10,968 bases of DNA from a virus (taxonomy: Duplodnaviria; Heunggongvirae; Uroviricota; Caudoviricetes): the IMG/VR virus record IMGVR_UViG_2724679172_000013. One strand, 5' to 3'. The position numbers and the translations under genes are program-made. The notes beneath the pieces are model-generated. The model was not told the DNA's origin. It made no database searches and saw nothing but the letters and a program-made list of their open reading frames with translations. This document shows positions 1 through 8,104 of this stretch, one piece after another (positions within the stretch are counted from its first letter, which is position 1; each line of letters starts with the position of its first letter).

Positions 1-197
1 GCAACATCCGCTTTCCTAACCAAATGATTGAACAAATTAACATTGCTCTTGATCAAAAAGGGTCCGGGAATTTCTCAGCCTGGGTCATTGAAGCCTGCCG
101 CCGAAGACTGTGCTCAGAAAAAAGAGTTTCGCCTGAAGCAAACAAAGAAAAGAGTGACATTACTGAATTGCTCAGAAAGCAGGTCAGACCAGATTGA
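1..197 (+). CDS. 5'-partial small DNA-binding protein, YlcI-like (DUF3950, ribbon-helix-helix-like); gene starts upstream of the window
   Basis: Reading frame is open from position 3 to TGA at 195-197 (...NIRFPNQMIEQINIALDQKGSGNFSAWVIEACRRRLCSEKRVSPEANKEKSDITELLRKQVRPD). The N-terminal beta-strand-like motif NIRFPNQ precedes the only in-window ATG (24), so the true start is probably upstream. Family recalled from memory, not searched. Confidence 0.5.
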   Translation, partial: NIRFPNQMIEQINIALDQKGSGNFSAWVIEACRRRLCSEKRVSPEANKEKSDITELLRKQVRPD

Positions 198-254
198 AGC
201 AATTTAGATAATCGTGCAGACTAGGTACCTTCATATCACATGGAAGGTACTACA

Positions 255-665
255 ATGGCTCAGGTTGCCATTTTTAAACAAATATTCGATAAAGTGCGAA
301 ATAATTTAAACTATCACTGGTTTTATTCTGAACTAAAACGTCACAATGTCTCACATTACATTTACTATTTAGCCACAGAGAATATTCATCTTGTTCTTGA
401 AAACGATAATACGGTTTTAATAAAAGGACAGAGTAAGGTTGTAAATGTAAGATTTTCAAAAAATAAATGCCTTATAGAAGCCACCTTAAAAGGATTCAAA
501 TCAGGAGAGTTATCATTTTACGAATACAGGAAAAATCTTGCTACAGCAGGGGTTTTCAGATGGATTACAAATATCCACGAAAACAAAAGGTATTACTATA
601 CCTTTGATAATTCATTACTCTTTACTGAGAACATTCAGAACACTACACAAATATTTCCGCACTAA
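255..665 (+). CDS. ybcV: DUF1398-family prophage protein (YbcV-like), about 136 aa
   Basis: ORF 240..665; preferred start is the second ATG at 255 ([11 protein letters not shown]...), which has GGAAGG 7 nt upstream. Protein recognised as YbcV/DUF1398-like from the DLP12 prophage. Confidence 0.8.
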   Translation: MAQVAIFKQIFDKVRNNLNYHWFYSELKRHNVSHYIYYLATENIHLVLENDNTVLIKGQSKVVNVRFSKNKCLIEATLKGFKSGELSFYEYRKNLATAGVFRWITNIHENKRYYYTFDNSLLFTENIQNTTQIFPH

Positions 666-921
666 ATCATAACGTCCGGTTTCTTCCGTGCCAGAACCGG
701 ACTCGCTGGCATGATGAAATATGTGTACCCGGTAACCCCGGTGTGCATCGTTATTGATTATTCCCGCACACTCGCGCAGAAGGAGTTCCCCGTCGGGCTA
801 CGGTCTCTGTTAATACGGGAATACGGCGACGATACAGCGCATGATGTGTCAGGCTTGAATACCTTTATCCTTTAAAAGGGATATCAGTTAAGTTATCCCG
901 TGTAGGGTATAAGCCATTATC

Positions 922-948
922 AAAGCCACTCTGTAGGAAGTGGCTTTT
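922..948 (+). terminator. candidate intrinsic terminator (plus strand)
   Basis: Inverted repeat aaagccact / agtggcttt (8-nt loop) followed by TTTT on the plus strand. Weak T-tract. Confidence 0.35.
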
Positions 949-959
949 GTAATGGCAAT

Positions 960-982
960 AAAAAGCCCCGCGAATGCGAGGC
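960..982 (-). terminator. candidate intrinsic terminator (minus strand) about 175 nt downstream of Rz/Rz1
   Basis: Minus-strand RNA: GCCUCGC-AUUC-GCGGGGC (7-bp GC-rich stem, one G-U) followed by UUUUUAUU. Confidence 0.45.
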
Positions 983-1156
983 TAAATCCTGGTATTTGTA
1001 ATGACTGGCTCTTATCTCAACGCAGCCCCTTACCGCGCGCAAAATGCTCAATATCAAGCATCAGCAATGAGATGTTTAATCTGGATTCACTCCAGAAGTG
1101 AGCACCACCCTGTCTACAGAGCCAGATGTGAAGGATGATGAGTAAAATTATCGCTA

Positions 1157-1624
1157 TCATCGAAGGCATTGCGTCCTGATGTATTCCTGAAGCGTTCTCA
1201 ATGCTGTTTGGTCGCGGATAATTCCGTCCCGGATACCGAGAACGTTTCGTCCAGCAACTGGAGAGAGTTCGACGGTGGCATCATTGCCCATGCCGGAGGC
1301 GCTGGAGGTTTCGGCTGAGGATGGCACAGGGCATTTTCCTTTGACGAGCACCCGACCACCATTATCAAGCTTGCGCCGAAGAGCATCATTTTCAGCTTTC
1401 GCATCAGCTAACTCCTTCGTGTATTTATCATCGAGTGCATCAGCATCACGCTGGCGCTGCTGCATGTCAGTAATGGTGGCGTTCGCCTTCTCCAGTTCAC
1501 TGGCCTTGTTATCGCGCTGTTCTTTGTAGGCGATTGCATTATCACGGTAATGATTAACAGCCCATGACAGGCAGACGATGATGCAGATAACCAGAGCGGA
1601 GATAATCGCGGTTACTCTGCTCAT
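1157..1624 (-). CDS. Rz: Rz i-spanin (inner-membrane spanin subunit)
   Basis: ORF 1157..1636; preferred start [21 protein letters not shown] at 1624, whose ATG overlaps the endolysin TGA (ATGA). N-terminal TM helix then a charged coiled-coil-like periplasmic domain; sits downstream of holin and endolysin. Confidence 0.85.
   Translation of the reverse strand: MSRVTAIISALVICIIVCLSWAVNHYRDNAIAYKEQRDNKASELEKANATITDMQQRQRDADALDDKYTKELADAKAENDALRRKLDNGGRVLVKGKCPVPSSAETSSASGMGNDATVELSPVAGRNVLGIRDGIIRDQTALRTLQEYIRTQCLR
1198..1404 (-). CDS. Rz1: Rz1 o-spanin lipoprotein, embedded in the +1 frame of Rz
   Basis: ORF lies entirely inside Rz in another frame. [21 protein letters not shown] has a signal peptide and lipobox (VVGC), followed by a proline-rich stretch ([11 protein letters not shown]) typical of Rz1. 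Exact start ATG uncertain. Confidence 0.75.
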   Translation of the reverse strand: MRKLKMMLFGASLIMVVGCSSKENALCHPQPKPPAPPAWAMMPPSNSLQLLDETFSVSGTELSATKQH

Positions 1625-2118
1625 TGTTTCCCCCACAAACAGACTTCACGCTCAATCTCACGGCGAGTCATCAGTCCTTTCCATTGATTACCGCCAGCGT
1701 ATGTCCAGCGCCGTAGCTGATCACATGCGCCTTTAATATCACCCTGGTTTATTTTGCGAAGAAGCGTCGATGTTCTGAAATTGCCAGCACCCACGTTGTA
1801 GACGAACGAGTAAAGAGCGCCGCGCGTTGTTTCCGGTATATCGACTTTGATGTACCGGTTAATTTGTCTGGCGACAGTGGCAAGGTCTTTATTCAGGAGG
1901 GCTTTGCACTCTGCTTCGGTATACGTTTTACCGGGAATGATGTCTTTTCCTGTATGCCCGTAACATACAGTCCATACACCAACTATGTCTTTGTAAGGAT
2001 TATGTCTCACACCTTCCAGACCATCGTTACCACTTGGGCCAGTGATTAACACAGATGCTATAGCAATAGCCCCGCCACCAATAGCAGCAGCAACAGCTTT
2101 TCGTAATGATGGAGGCAT
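1621..2118 (-). CDS. R: SAR endolysin (phage 21 R-type, T4-lysozyme-like glycoside hydrolase)
   Basis: 165 aa. N-terminal Gly/Ala-rich weakly hydrophobic signal-anchor-release segment ([20 protein letters not shown]), then E-x8-D-x5-T catalytic spacing ([22 protein letters not shown]). Start ATG overlaps holin stop (TAATG). Confidence 0.9.
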   Translation of the reverse strand: MPPSLRKAVAAAIGGGAIAIASVLITGPSGNDGLEGVRHNPYKDIVGVWTVCYGHTGKDIIPGKTYTEAECKALLNKDLATVARQINRYIKVDIPETTRGALYSFVYNVGAGNFRTSTLLRKINQGDIKGACDQLRRWTYAGGNQWKGLMTRREIEREVCLWGKQ

Positions 2119-2333
2119 TATTCACCTCTCGCAGCCTTGCGCTTATCTTCTTTAATCTTGAAATAAAGGTTTGTCAGGTACGTCAGCAGGCCAAATACCA
2201 GGCTACCCAGCACACCTATTGCTGCCCACTGTGAGGGCGTGACTTTATCGAGCAGCTGTAAAAACCAGTACCCGGCACTACCTGCTGAGGTGCCATAGGC
2301 GACACCCGTTGTTAACTTATCCATGGATTTCAT
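2118..2333 (-). CDS. S: class II holin / pinholin (S21-like), 71 aa, with dual-start motif
   Basis: MKSMDK... has two in-frame starts (M1 and M4) as in holin/antiholin pairs. Two TM segments and a charged C-terminus ([13 protein letters not shown]). GAGGTGGGG RBS upstream. First gene of the S-R-Rz/Rz1 cassette. Confidence 0.9.
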
Positions 2334-2444
2334 AACCCCACCTCGCAGACAAAGCGGGTGTAAATTGAGGGAATACTACGAAACGTAACAGACTCGGAGT
2401 CAGTGAATAACTCAGGTATTGGGTTATCAGCTAATATCGAGACT

Positions 2445-2478
2445 CAAAAAATGGAAAAACCCGCTCGACGGCGGGTTT
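2445..2478 (-). terminator. candidate intrinsic terminator about 110 nt upstream of the holin start (tR'-like position)
   Basis: Minus-strand RNA: CCCGC-CGUCGA-GCGGG followed by UUUUUCCAUUUUUU. Sits between the AT-rich nmpC upstream region and the holin gene. Confidence 0.45.
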
Positions 2479-2906
2479 AAGCTGTGTGACGAAGTAACCA
2501 CTCTTAACAGCATAACCAATTTTTTACGTACGTAAACCACTAAATGATATTTGCGAGAATGCTACCGAGTATTGAAAACACCACTACAAATACATAAGCA
2601 AATCTCAACAAATAACCAACAAATAATTTCCAGCGTTATTTTTAGCCAATTTAAATTGAACCTTCAAATTATAGAGCACTTATAAATAACAGCCATTAAT
2701 ATAAATTGGCTAATAGATTTATTTTTATTCAGCCAAGAGCCATGAATAGGATTCGATAGAAAAAAGTTCAGATAAAAATAGAGATCTACTTCACAAATTA
2801 AACGAGAAACCAAAACTTACATCTTGAAATAATCACATTGATTAGATGAATATTTATCGCGCAGTGACATCATTTTTTAATAATAGTTCAAAAAAAAGGG
2901 CTCACG

Positions 2907-3989
2907 ATGAAAAAATTAACAGTGGCAATTTCTGCTGTAGCTGCATCAGTACTGATGGCGATGTCTGCTCAGGCAGCTGAAATTTATAATAAAGACAGTA
3001 ACAAGCTGGATCTGTACGGGAAAGTTAATGCTAAGCACTACTTCTCCTCTAATGATGCAGATGATGGTGATACTACTTATGCCCGTCTTGGCTTCAAAGG
3101 TGAAACCCAAATCAACGATCAACTGACTGGTTTCGGTCAGTGGGAATATGAATTCAAAGGCAACCGCGCTGAATCTCAAGGTTCTTCCAAAGACAAAACC
3201 CGTCTTGCATTTGCAGGCCTGAAATTTGGTGATTACGGCTCAATCGATTACGGCCGTAACTACGGTGTAGCATACGACATCGGTGCGTGGACTGACGTCC
3301 TGCCAGAATTCGGTGGTGATACCTGGACCCAAACAGATGTGTTCATGACTGGTCGCACTACTGGTGTTGCAACTTATCGTAACAACGACTTCTTTGGTCT
3401 GGTCGATGGCCTGAACTTTGCTGCTCAGTATCAGGGTAAAAATGACCGCACTGACGTAACTGAAGCCAATGGTGATGGTTTCGGTTTCTCCACTACTTAT
3501 GAGTATGAAGGATTCGGCGTGGGTGCAACCTATGCTAAATCAGATCGCACTGACGGTCAGGTCGCCTATGGTAAGAGCAAATTCAATGCCTCCGGCAAAA
3601 ATGCGGAAGTATGGGCTGCAGGCCTGAAATATGATGCGAACAATATCTATCTGGCTACCACATATTCTGAAACTCAGAATATGACCGTTTTTGGTAATAA
3701 CCATATTGCAAACAAAGCACAAAACTTTGAAGCAGTAGCACAATATCAGTTTGACTTCGGTCTGCGCCCATCTGTTGCTTACCTTCAGTCAAAAGGTAAA
3801 GACCTTGGTGTTCATGGTGACCGAGACTTAGTCAAGTATGTCGATGTCGGTGCTACTTACTACTTTAATAAAAACATGTCCACTTTTGTTGATTACAAAA
3901 TCAACTTAATTGACGATAGTAAGTTTACCAAAACAGCTGGTATTGATACTGATGACATCGTTGCTGTAGGTCTGGTTTACCAGTTCTAA
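2907..3989 (+). CDS. nmpC: outer-membrane general porin (OmpC/OmpF/PhoE family; prophage NmpC/OmpD-like), intact
   Basis: 360 aa. Signal peptide [23 protein letters not shown] then AEIYNKD; porin hallmarks including C-terminal ...[17 protein letters not shown] 7 nt upstream. Location between Q and the lysis genes on the opposite strand matches prophage nmpC. Confidence 0.9.
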   Translation: MKKLTVAISAVAASVLMAMSAQAAEIYNKDSNKLDLYGKVNAKHYFSSNDADDGDTTYARLGFKGETQINDQLTGFGQWEYEFKGNRAESQGSSKDKTRLAFAGLKFGDYGSIDYGRNYGVAYDIGAWTDVLPEFGGDTWTQTDVFMTGRTTGVATYRNNDFFGLVDGLNFAAQYQGKNDRTDVTEANGDGFGFSTTYEYEGFGVGATYAKSDRTDGQVAYGKSKFNASGKNAEVWAAGLKYDANNIYLATTYSETQNMTVFGNNHIANKAQNFEAVAQYQFDFGLRPSVAYLQSKGKDLGVHGDRDLVKYVDVGATYYFNKNMSTFVDYKINLIDDSKFTKTAGIDTDDIVAVGLVYQF

Positions 3990-4005
3990 TCTGATTACGA
4001 AAAAG

Positions 4006-4039
4006 ATATGTTGCGGGAGGCGTTGCCTCCCCAACATAT
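4006..4039. other. strong GC-rich hairpin at the nmpC 3' end; terminator-like on the minus strand
   Basis: atatgttg-c-gggaggc / gcctccc-caacatat, about 15 bp of stem with a 3-nt loop. On the minus strand it is followed by CUUUUUC (plus 3999-4005). Two more hairpins lie at about 4041-4060 and 4065-4088. Confidence 0.4.
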
Positions 4040-4126
4040 AAGTGGCTCCCTCAAGCCACTTCCTTTAGAAGCACAACCTTGCTTCTAACTATATAAACCT
4101 TCTGTTATATATTACCCTTTATTTTT

Positions 4127-4152
4127 GGGGGCGTCTCAACGCCCCATTTTTA
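4127..4152 (+). terminator. candidate intrinsic terminator for nmpC (plus strand)
   Basis: GGGGCG-tctcaa-CGCCCC stem-loop followed by ATTTTTAATAATTTTT on the plus strand. The minus-strand side is followed by an A-run, so it reads as a plus-strand terminator. Confidence 0.55.
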
Positions 4153-4178
4153 ATAATTTTTAGTAAACAATTGGCATA

Positions 4179-4562
4179 TTAATTAGAGTTATTAACAACG
4201 ATATCCATCTCTAACCGGATATCTAATGCCATTAACATCCCTTCAATTATGCCCTCAGCCTTTTGTAACCTTTTCCCGATATAACCATCAGAGCAGCAAT
4301 GCTTACCTGCCAGTGACATGAATGTCATACCGACTACATAATAATCTACTAATAAATCGTGCAAATCGCTGTTGTTCTTTTTCAGACGGGCCATGCACCC
4401 GCAAATGATCATCGCGTCATCGTCACAACATTGCGGGCGAGATTTTACTTTTGAAGGAATTAATCCCTTAAAACCGGCGGCAATGGACGACCAGGTCACA
4501 TCTTCATGATTATTAGCCGCCCACGCTCCCCAACGCTCAAGAACCATCTGAATATCACGCAT
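4179..4562 (-). CDS. Q: late-gene antiterminator Q (phage 21/82-type, QuuD-like)
   Basis: ORF 4179..4577; preferred start [14 protein letters not shown] (127 aa). Cys-rich motifs ([20 protein letters not shown]). Position immediately downstream of rusA/ylcG and before the lysis cassette. Confidence 0.85.
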   Translation of the reverse strand: MRDIQMVLERWGAWAANNHEDVTWSSIAAGFKGLIPSKVKSRPQCCDDDAMIICGCMARLKKNNSDLHDLLVDYYVVGMTFMSLAGKHCCSDGYIGKRLQKAEGIIEGMLMALDIRLEMDIVVNNSN

Positions 4563-4647
4563 CAACTTACTCCACAAAACTCAGACCAGAACGCCAATTA
4601 CAAGCAAAAATCAACAAAACAGTATTAGTTGATTGTTATCTCTGACT

Positions 4648-4788
4648 TCATACTCCTGCTCCTGTCAGTGTTTTGGCGTAATTCTTCAGTATTCGGTAAT
4701 CGGTCAAAACAGAGCCGGGGAAACGATATAAGCGCAGACGCCCCCAGCGGTGGCGAAGAAGTTCTGCCATATTAAACTCAAACATCAT
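4648..4788 (-). CDS. ylcG: small prophage protein YlcG-like (46 aa); not in the supplied ORF track
   Basis: Hand translation of the minus strand: [45 protein letters not shown]. Its ATG overlaps the rusA stop (ATGA coupling). Matches the rusA-ylcG-Q order of DLP12-type prophages. Confidence 0.6.
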   Translation of the reverse strand: MMFEFNMAELLRHRWGRLRLYRFPGSVLTDYRILKNYAKTLTGAGV

Positions 4789-5147
4789 TCATTCCCCATT
4801 TCGGTGATGGTCAGTTCCAGCCTCCCACCTTTGGTAACAGGCATCTTCACAACGCGGTAATCAACGACCTGAGCATCATCCAGCCAGAAACCTGCTTTAG
4901 TGAGTGCGTCAAAAGCGGCTTTTTGCAGATTATCCAGGTCACGGCGACGGCGATCCGGCATGTGGCACTCAATGCGGATTTTCACAGGCATAGCCAGGCC
5001 GATATCCAGCATTGCGTTTTTAATGATTCGGGCGACGTTATCGCGGTATGCCTGCCCCTCTGCGCTGACGTGCGTGCGCCCGCGATTATGGCGGTAATAG
5101 CGATTATTGCTCGGAGGCCAGGGTAGTGTGATGTGGTAAGTATTCAC
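4785..5147 (-). CDS. rusA: RusA Holliday-junction resolvase
   Basis: 120 aa, [37 protein letters not shown]..., with acidic catalytic motif region [28 protein letters not shown]. Apparent GTG start overlapping the ybcO stop (GTGA). Confidence 0.93.
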   Translation of the reverse strand: MNTYHITLPWPPSNNRYYRHNRGRTHVSAEGQAYRDNVARIIKNAMLDIGLAMPVKIRIECHMPDRRRRDLDNLQKAAFDALTKAGFWLDDAQVVDYRVVKMPVTKGGRLELTITEMGNE

Positions 5148-5434
5148 GCCTTAATTACCCTCTCTTTCAGCCAGATAACCTGCGTTCTCGCCATACCTTC
5201 CAGCGCGCATTCTTTTGCATATCCAGCGTCAACAAAATGCGTGCGGCGGTCGATTTCGTCGTGGCAGGCAGAACATGCAATGGTGGCAATCAGGTCTGGC
5301 GGTTTGATACCGGTACCGCACAATCCAGCCAGCCGGATATGTGCCAGTACAGACGTCTCAGAATTGCCATTACATACGCCAGGGATTCTTACCTGGCATT
5401 CCCGACCACGCGCTGCTTTTCTCAAATCAGCCAT
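5144..5434 (-). CDS. ybcO: YbcO-like (DUF1364) Cys-rich putative nuclease
   Basis: ORF 5144..5473; preferred start [24 protein letters not shown] (96 aa). Four-Cys pattern (C..C ... C..C). Between ninE and rusA as in DLP12. Confidence 0.8.
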   Translation of the reverse strand: MADLRKAARGRECQVRIPGVCNGNSETSVLAHIRLAGLCGTGIKPPDLIATIACSACHDEIDRRTHFVDAGYAKECALEGMARTQVIWLKERVIKA

Positions 5435-5597
5435 GATTCCTCCTTGCTGCCAGTCGCAACCATTTTTTATCAACCAAGCTGGCGGTATATCCGAGCAGTG
5501 TTGGTATTTCGGATGGCTTCAGCTCAGGTTTACGCTTACGACGATTTGGTACTCTGTAGATGTGTCCGTTCATGACACGAATAAGCGGTGTAGCCAT
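5427..5597 (-). CDS. ninE: NinE-family protein (56 aa); not in the supplied ORF track
   Basis: Hand translation: [59 protein letters not shown] overlaps the ybcN stop (TAATG) and its 3' end overlaps the ybcO start. Confidence 0.7.
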   Translation of the reverse strand: MATPLIRVMNGHIYRVPNRRKRKPELKPSEIPTLLGYTASLVDKKWLRLAARRNHG

Positions 5598-6052
5598 TAC
5601 GCCTCCTGCTTGTCGCGCAGCAGCTGGAACTCGCAGCTCTGCGGAATAGTCAGGTGGCAGCCAATATTCACCGCCCAGGCTTCAACCTTACACAGGAAGA
5701 TATACATCTCTCCGGTATCAAGATCGGAGGTATGGCGTAACGACTGGATAGTGGTGATCTCACCGGTTACGACATCAACCAGGTCTTTGGTTTCATAACC
5801 GAGATATGTGTGTTTGAGAGCATCTTTTACCCAAGCTGGAGTGGCGAACGTTTTACCCCTGCTGATGAGGTATTCACTGATTTCGCTGTACCACATGTGG
5901 CTGAGTGCATTCTGGGAAAGACTGCGTTTCTCACGCCACGGTTTAAGCACCATGCGAAAGCATTTGCCTTCCTCCAGATAAGGCTGGATCTGCTGGCCGA
6001 TAGCGGTGAAGTTACCACGATGCAATTTGATGCCGTCTTGTGGGAGGTTCAC
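5597..6052 (-). CDS. ybcN: YbcN-like nin-region protein (151 aa)
   Basis: [39 protein letters not shown]...; apparent GTG start with GGAGG 6 nt upstream. First gene of a translationally coupled ybcN-ninE-ybcO-rusA-ylcG string. Confidence 0.8.
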   Translation of the reverse strand: MNLPQDGIKLHRGNFTAIGQQIQPYLEEGKCFRMVLKPWREKRSLSQNALSHMWYSEISEYLISRGKTFATPAWVKDALKHTYLGYETKDLVDVVTGEITTIQSLRHTSDLDTGEMYIFLCKVEAWAVNIGCHLTIPQSCEFQLLRDKQEA

Positions 6053-6081
6053 GCTTCACCTCCGCAGAGGTCAAACGCTGG

Positions 6082-6170
6082 ATGCAAAAAATCGCAGGTG
6101 CATCTCTGCATCTGTGAAGGGAGAAGAGAGTTTGGATTGTATGTGCGCATAAACGTCCCCGTTTAGCGCA
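6082..6170. repeat. direct repeat copy A (89 bp, about 93% identical to 8016..8104); contains a palindrome and a minus-strand hairpin plus T-run
   Basis: Direct comparison of the two sequences shows 6 mismatches in 89 nt. Weaker similarity continues about 30-50 nt toward higher coordinates. Lies immediately upstream of the ybcN RBS. Confidence 0.85.
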
Positions 6171-6246
6171 GAAGTCACCGGAGTTGTTCAAGCTCCAATG
6201 GCATGATTATGGCTGGTTGATTATTGGAAATCAAATGTGCTGAAAA

Positions 6247-6756
6247 TTAGTCTGCCAAGTCTTCCTCAGTCGCAACTGGGTAATTCCAAATATCAAAAAA
6301 AGCTATAGCCTCCTGCCATTTGCTCCATAAGTTATCAAGTACTTGTGTAGGTTCCGTACTTTTAAAAACAGAATCAGCCGCATCACCGTTATGAACTTCC
6401 TCGTACAGTTCCATTATTAGCAGATTAACAAAGTACTGTTTCAACATTAATGCCTGATTACCTTCTTTCTGCTGGCTATCCTGCTTGATGAGCTCCATCG
6501 CCCGTACTAGGCACCTGATGATATCCGCTGCATCATTAACGCTCCATTCAGATCCGCGCTTATCTTTAGCTGATGAATTGGCTCTCTCAGCGCAAGCCTT
6601 TAAAGACTCATAAAGGTAAACTCTATTTTGTAGCTGCAGCGCTTTTTTTGACGTGCACCAACTTGCAAGCGCCGACCCCGCTGCGGCTAATGTGCCAAAC
6701 GCAGAAATGCCTGCTGCTATTGCACTTAAGTCGGCACTGTCAAAGTTCCACATCAT
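6247..6756 (-). CDS. hypothetical protein with N-terminal hydrophobic (TM-like) segment, 169 aa
   Basis: MMWNFDSADLSAIAAGISAFGTLAAAGSALASWC... then a mostly polar/acidic C-terminal domain. AAGGTG RBS 6 nt upstream. AT-rich upstream region with a perfect TATAAT. No family recognised. Confidence 0.6.
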   Translation of the reverse strand: MMWNFDSADLSAIAAGISAFGTLAAAGSALASWCTSKKALQLQNRVYLYESLKACAERANSSAKDKRGSEWSVNDAADIIRCLVRAMELIKQDSQQKEGNQALMLKQYFVNLLIMELYEEVHNGDAADSVFKSTEPTQVLDNLWSKWQEAIAFFDIWNYPVATEEDLAD

Positions 6757-6931
6757 CGTTACACCTTATATAAACACCCCTCAGTAATATCCAATAAGGT
6801 ATGTGAACAATCAATATAATTTATATCCGTATCGGCACATAGCGATTTTAATGCTACTGATAATGGTATCTTTTAGATTATATCGTCCAGTTCCAGTACC
6901 CGTATTTTATGAAATGGACTCGCACATTACC

Positions 6932-6972
6932 AAAAAAAATGCCAGCACTTCCGTCATCGCAGAATGCTGGCA
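6932..6972 (-). terminator. candidate intrinsic terminator 20 nt after the Bro-N-like gene
   Basis: Minus-strand RNA: UGCCAGCA ... UGCUGGCA (8-bp stem, long loop) followed by UUUUUUUU. Confidence 0.55.
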
Positions 6973-6991
6973 GTATTTCTAACTAGTGACT

Positions 6992-7600
6992 TTATTGCAA
7001 CAGATTCTGACGGAAATATGGTAACACACGACTCCACTTATCATCCTGCCACGGTTGGAATTTTACATGCGCCGTTTCTCTGGCAAGGATTTCTCGCGCC
7101 CTGTTGAGTATCCGAGGATATTCTTGTTCGATTGAAGTGAATCTACCTGCTTCGCGATGCTCTGCGACCTGAAGAAGGGGCGTAACGTTCTGGCAGGCGG
7201 TTAACATCGTATCACTTGCTCGCCATAACCAGGCGAGTGTGCAAAGTTCGTTATCAGTGAATTGTTTTGTGATTGGGGATTGTTGAACTTCTCGATCGAG
7301 AATATCCAGAACCCAGCGGCGGAATTCTTTGGCCACAGGAGTACGAGCAAACATGGCGATCAAATGGGCTCCGCGAAGGCTAAATACTCGAGACTCCTGC
7401 ATTCCACGAGGGGTGGTCACTTTGACCACCCTTGTCATCATATCTGTGAATTCATCTGAGTGCCGAGAGTAAATGCGCTGAACTGCTTTATCGTCCGCAT
7501 ATTCCAGTGCTAAACCAACTTCAGTGGCAGTAAGCCAAATTCTGTTATTGTGGCAAATCGGGGTAAACGTCGTTTTGTGGAATGCTAATTGAGTAGTCAT
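6992..7600 (-). CDS. Bro-N / KilA-N-like N-terminal domain protein (Roi/antirepressor-like), 202 aa
   Basis: N-terminal region (FHKTTFTPICHNNRIWLTATEVGLALEY...VFSLRGAHLIAMFARTPVAKEFRRWVLDIL) matches the Bro-N-type pattern by eye. GAGGTGA RBS 7 nt upstream. Domain call not verified by HMM. Confidence 0.7.
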   Translation of the reverse strand: MTTQLAFHKTTFTPICHNNRIWLTATEVGLALEYADDKAVQRIYSRHSDEFTDMMTRVVKVTTPRGMQESRVFSLRGAHLIAMFARTPVAKEFRRWVLDILDREVQQSPITKQFTDNELCTLAWLWRASDTMLTACQNVTPLLQVAEHREAGRFTSIEQEYPRILNRAREILARETAHVKFQPWQDDKWSRVLPYFRQNLLQ

Positions 7601-8015
7601 AGTATCACCTCATCAGGTTAACCATCACCACCAACGACGCCAATCGACTGGTGGTGAACTGTGTAAGGTTGGCGTAACCGGCTACTCAAACCCGGCGCTT
7701 CCGAAGAAGCCCTCACACAGCCCACCATAATTTGGGCATAGCCGTGCTTAGCGCACAAAAAAACCGCTTAACGCGGTATGCGTTGAGTAGTATCCCGGGA
7801 CGCCAATCCCGTGTGCCGATTTTGCGGCAACGCACAGAATATAGCGCCGGATAAATCATGTCGTCAACCCCAGTAAATGGACACCATGATGATCACATCC
7901 ATAGCTGCTACAACAGTTACAACTACCTCAGGCCAAAACATAACGATTTCCATATCACCTTTAGCCGCCAGACGAATAGAGACTCCCAATTCTGGCTGTC
8001 GAAGTAAAACACCGA

Positions 8016-8104
8016 ATGTAAAAAATCGTAGGTGCATTTCTGCATCTGTGAATGGAGATGAGAGTTTGGATTGTGTGTGCGCATAAACGTCCCCGTTTAG
8101 CGCA
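8016..8104. repeat. direct repeat copy B (89 bp, about 93% identical to 6082..6170)
   Basis: Same element as copy A, same orientation, about 1.85 kb away. Carries the same palindrome gcgcataaacgtccccgtttagcgc and a minus-strand hairpin plus T6. Confidence 0.85.

Noticed and set aside
711-875. 54-aa plus-strand ORF (MMKYVYPVTPVCIVIDYSRTLAQKEFPVGLRSLLIREYGDDTAHDVSGLNTFIL)
   Set aside because: No clear RBS and no recognisable family; kept only as a note under the bor-less region rather than called as a gene.
1275-1529. 84-aa plus-strand ORF inside Rz
   Set aside because: Antisense to the well-supported Rz/Rz1 genes; Ser/Ala-rich shadow frame.
2907-3989. Insertion sequence interrupting the porin gene (as I recall for nmpC in E. 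coli K-12)
   Set aside because: The porin ORF is continuous from signal peptide to the C-terminal ...VYQF motif, and no transposase ORF or terminal inverted repeats are present in the window.
5133-5798. 221-aa plus-strand ORF
   Set aside because: Lies antisense across ybcO/ninE/ybcN, which have recognisable products and coupled start/stop junctions; no RBS; Cys/Ser/Arg-rich low-complexity translation typical of a shadow ORF.
5810-6166. 118-aa plus-strand ORF
   Set aside because: Antisense to ybcN and running into repeat copy A; no convincing RBS; treated as spurious.
7600-7860. Possible tRNA gene (some lambdoid phages carry tRNAs near the late region)
   Set aside because: Hairpins are present (8-bp stem at about 7625-7655, a UUCG-loop hairpin near 7700-7715), but I could not assemble a cloverleaf with acceptor stem and anticodon arm by eye; would need tRNAscan-SE to be certain.
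7877-8086. 69-aa plus-strand ORF
   Set aside because: Overlaps repeat copy B and the region antisense to the possible 29-aa peptide; Thr/Ser-rich, no RBS; more likely non-coding.
6082-8104. Possibility that the two direct repeats are a CRISPR array
   Set aside because: Only two copies, about 1.9 kb apart, each about 90 bp and flanking protein-coding genes; no regular short repeat-spacer periodicity.
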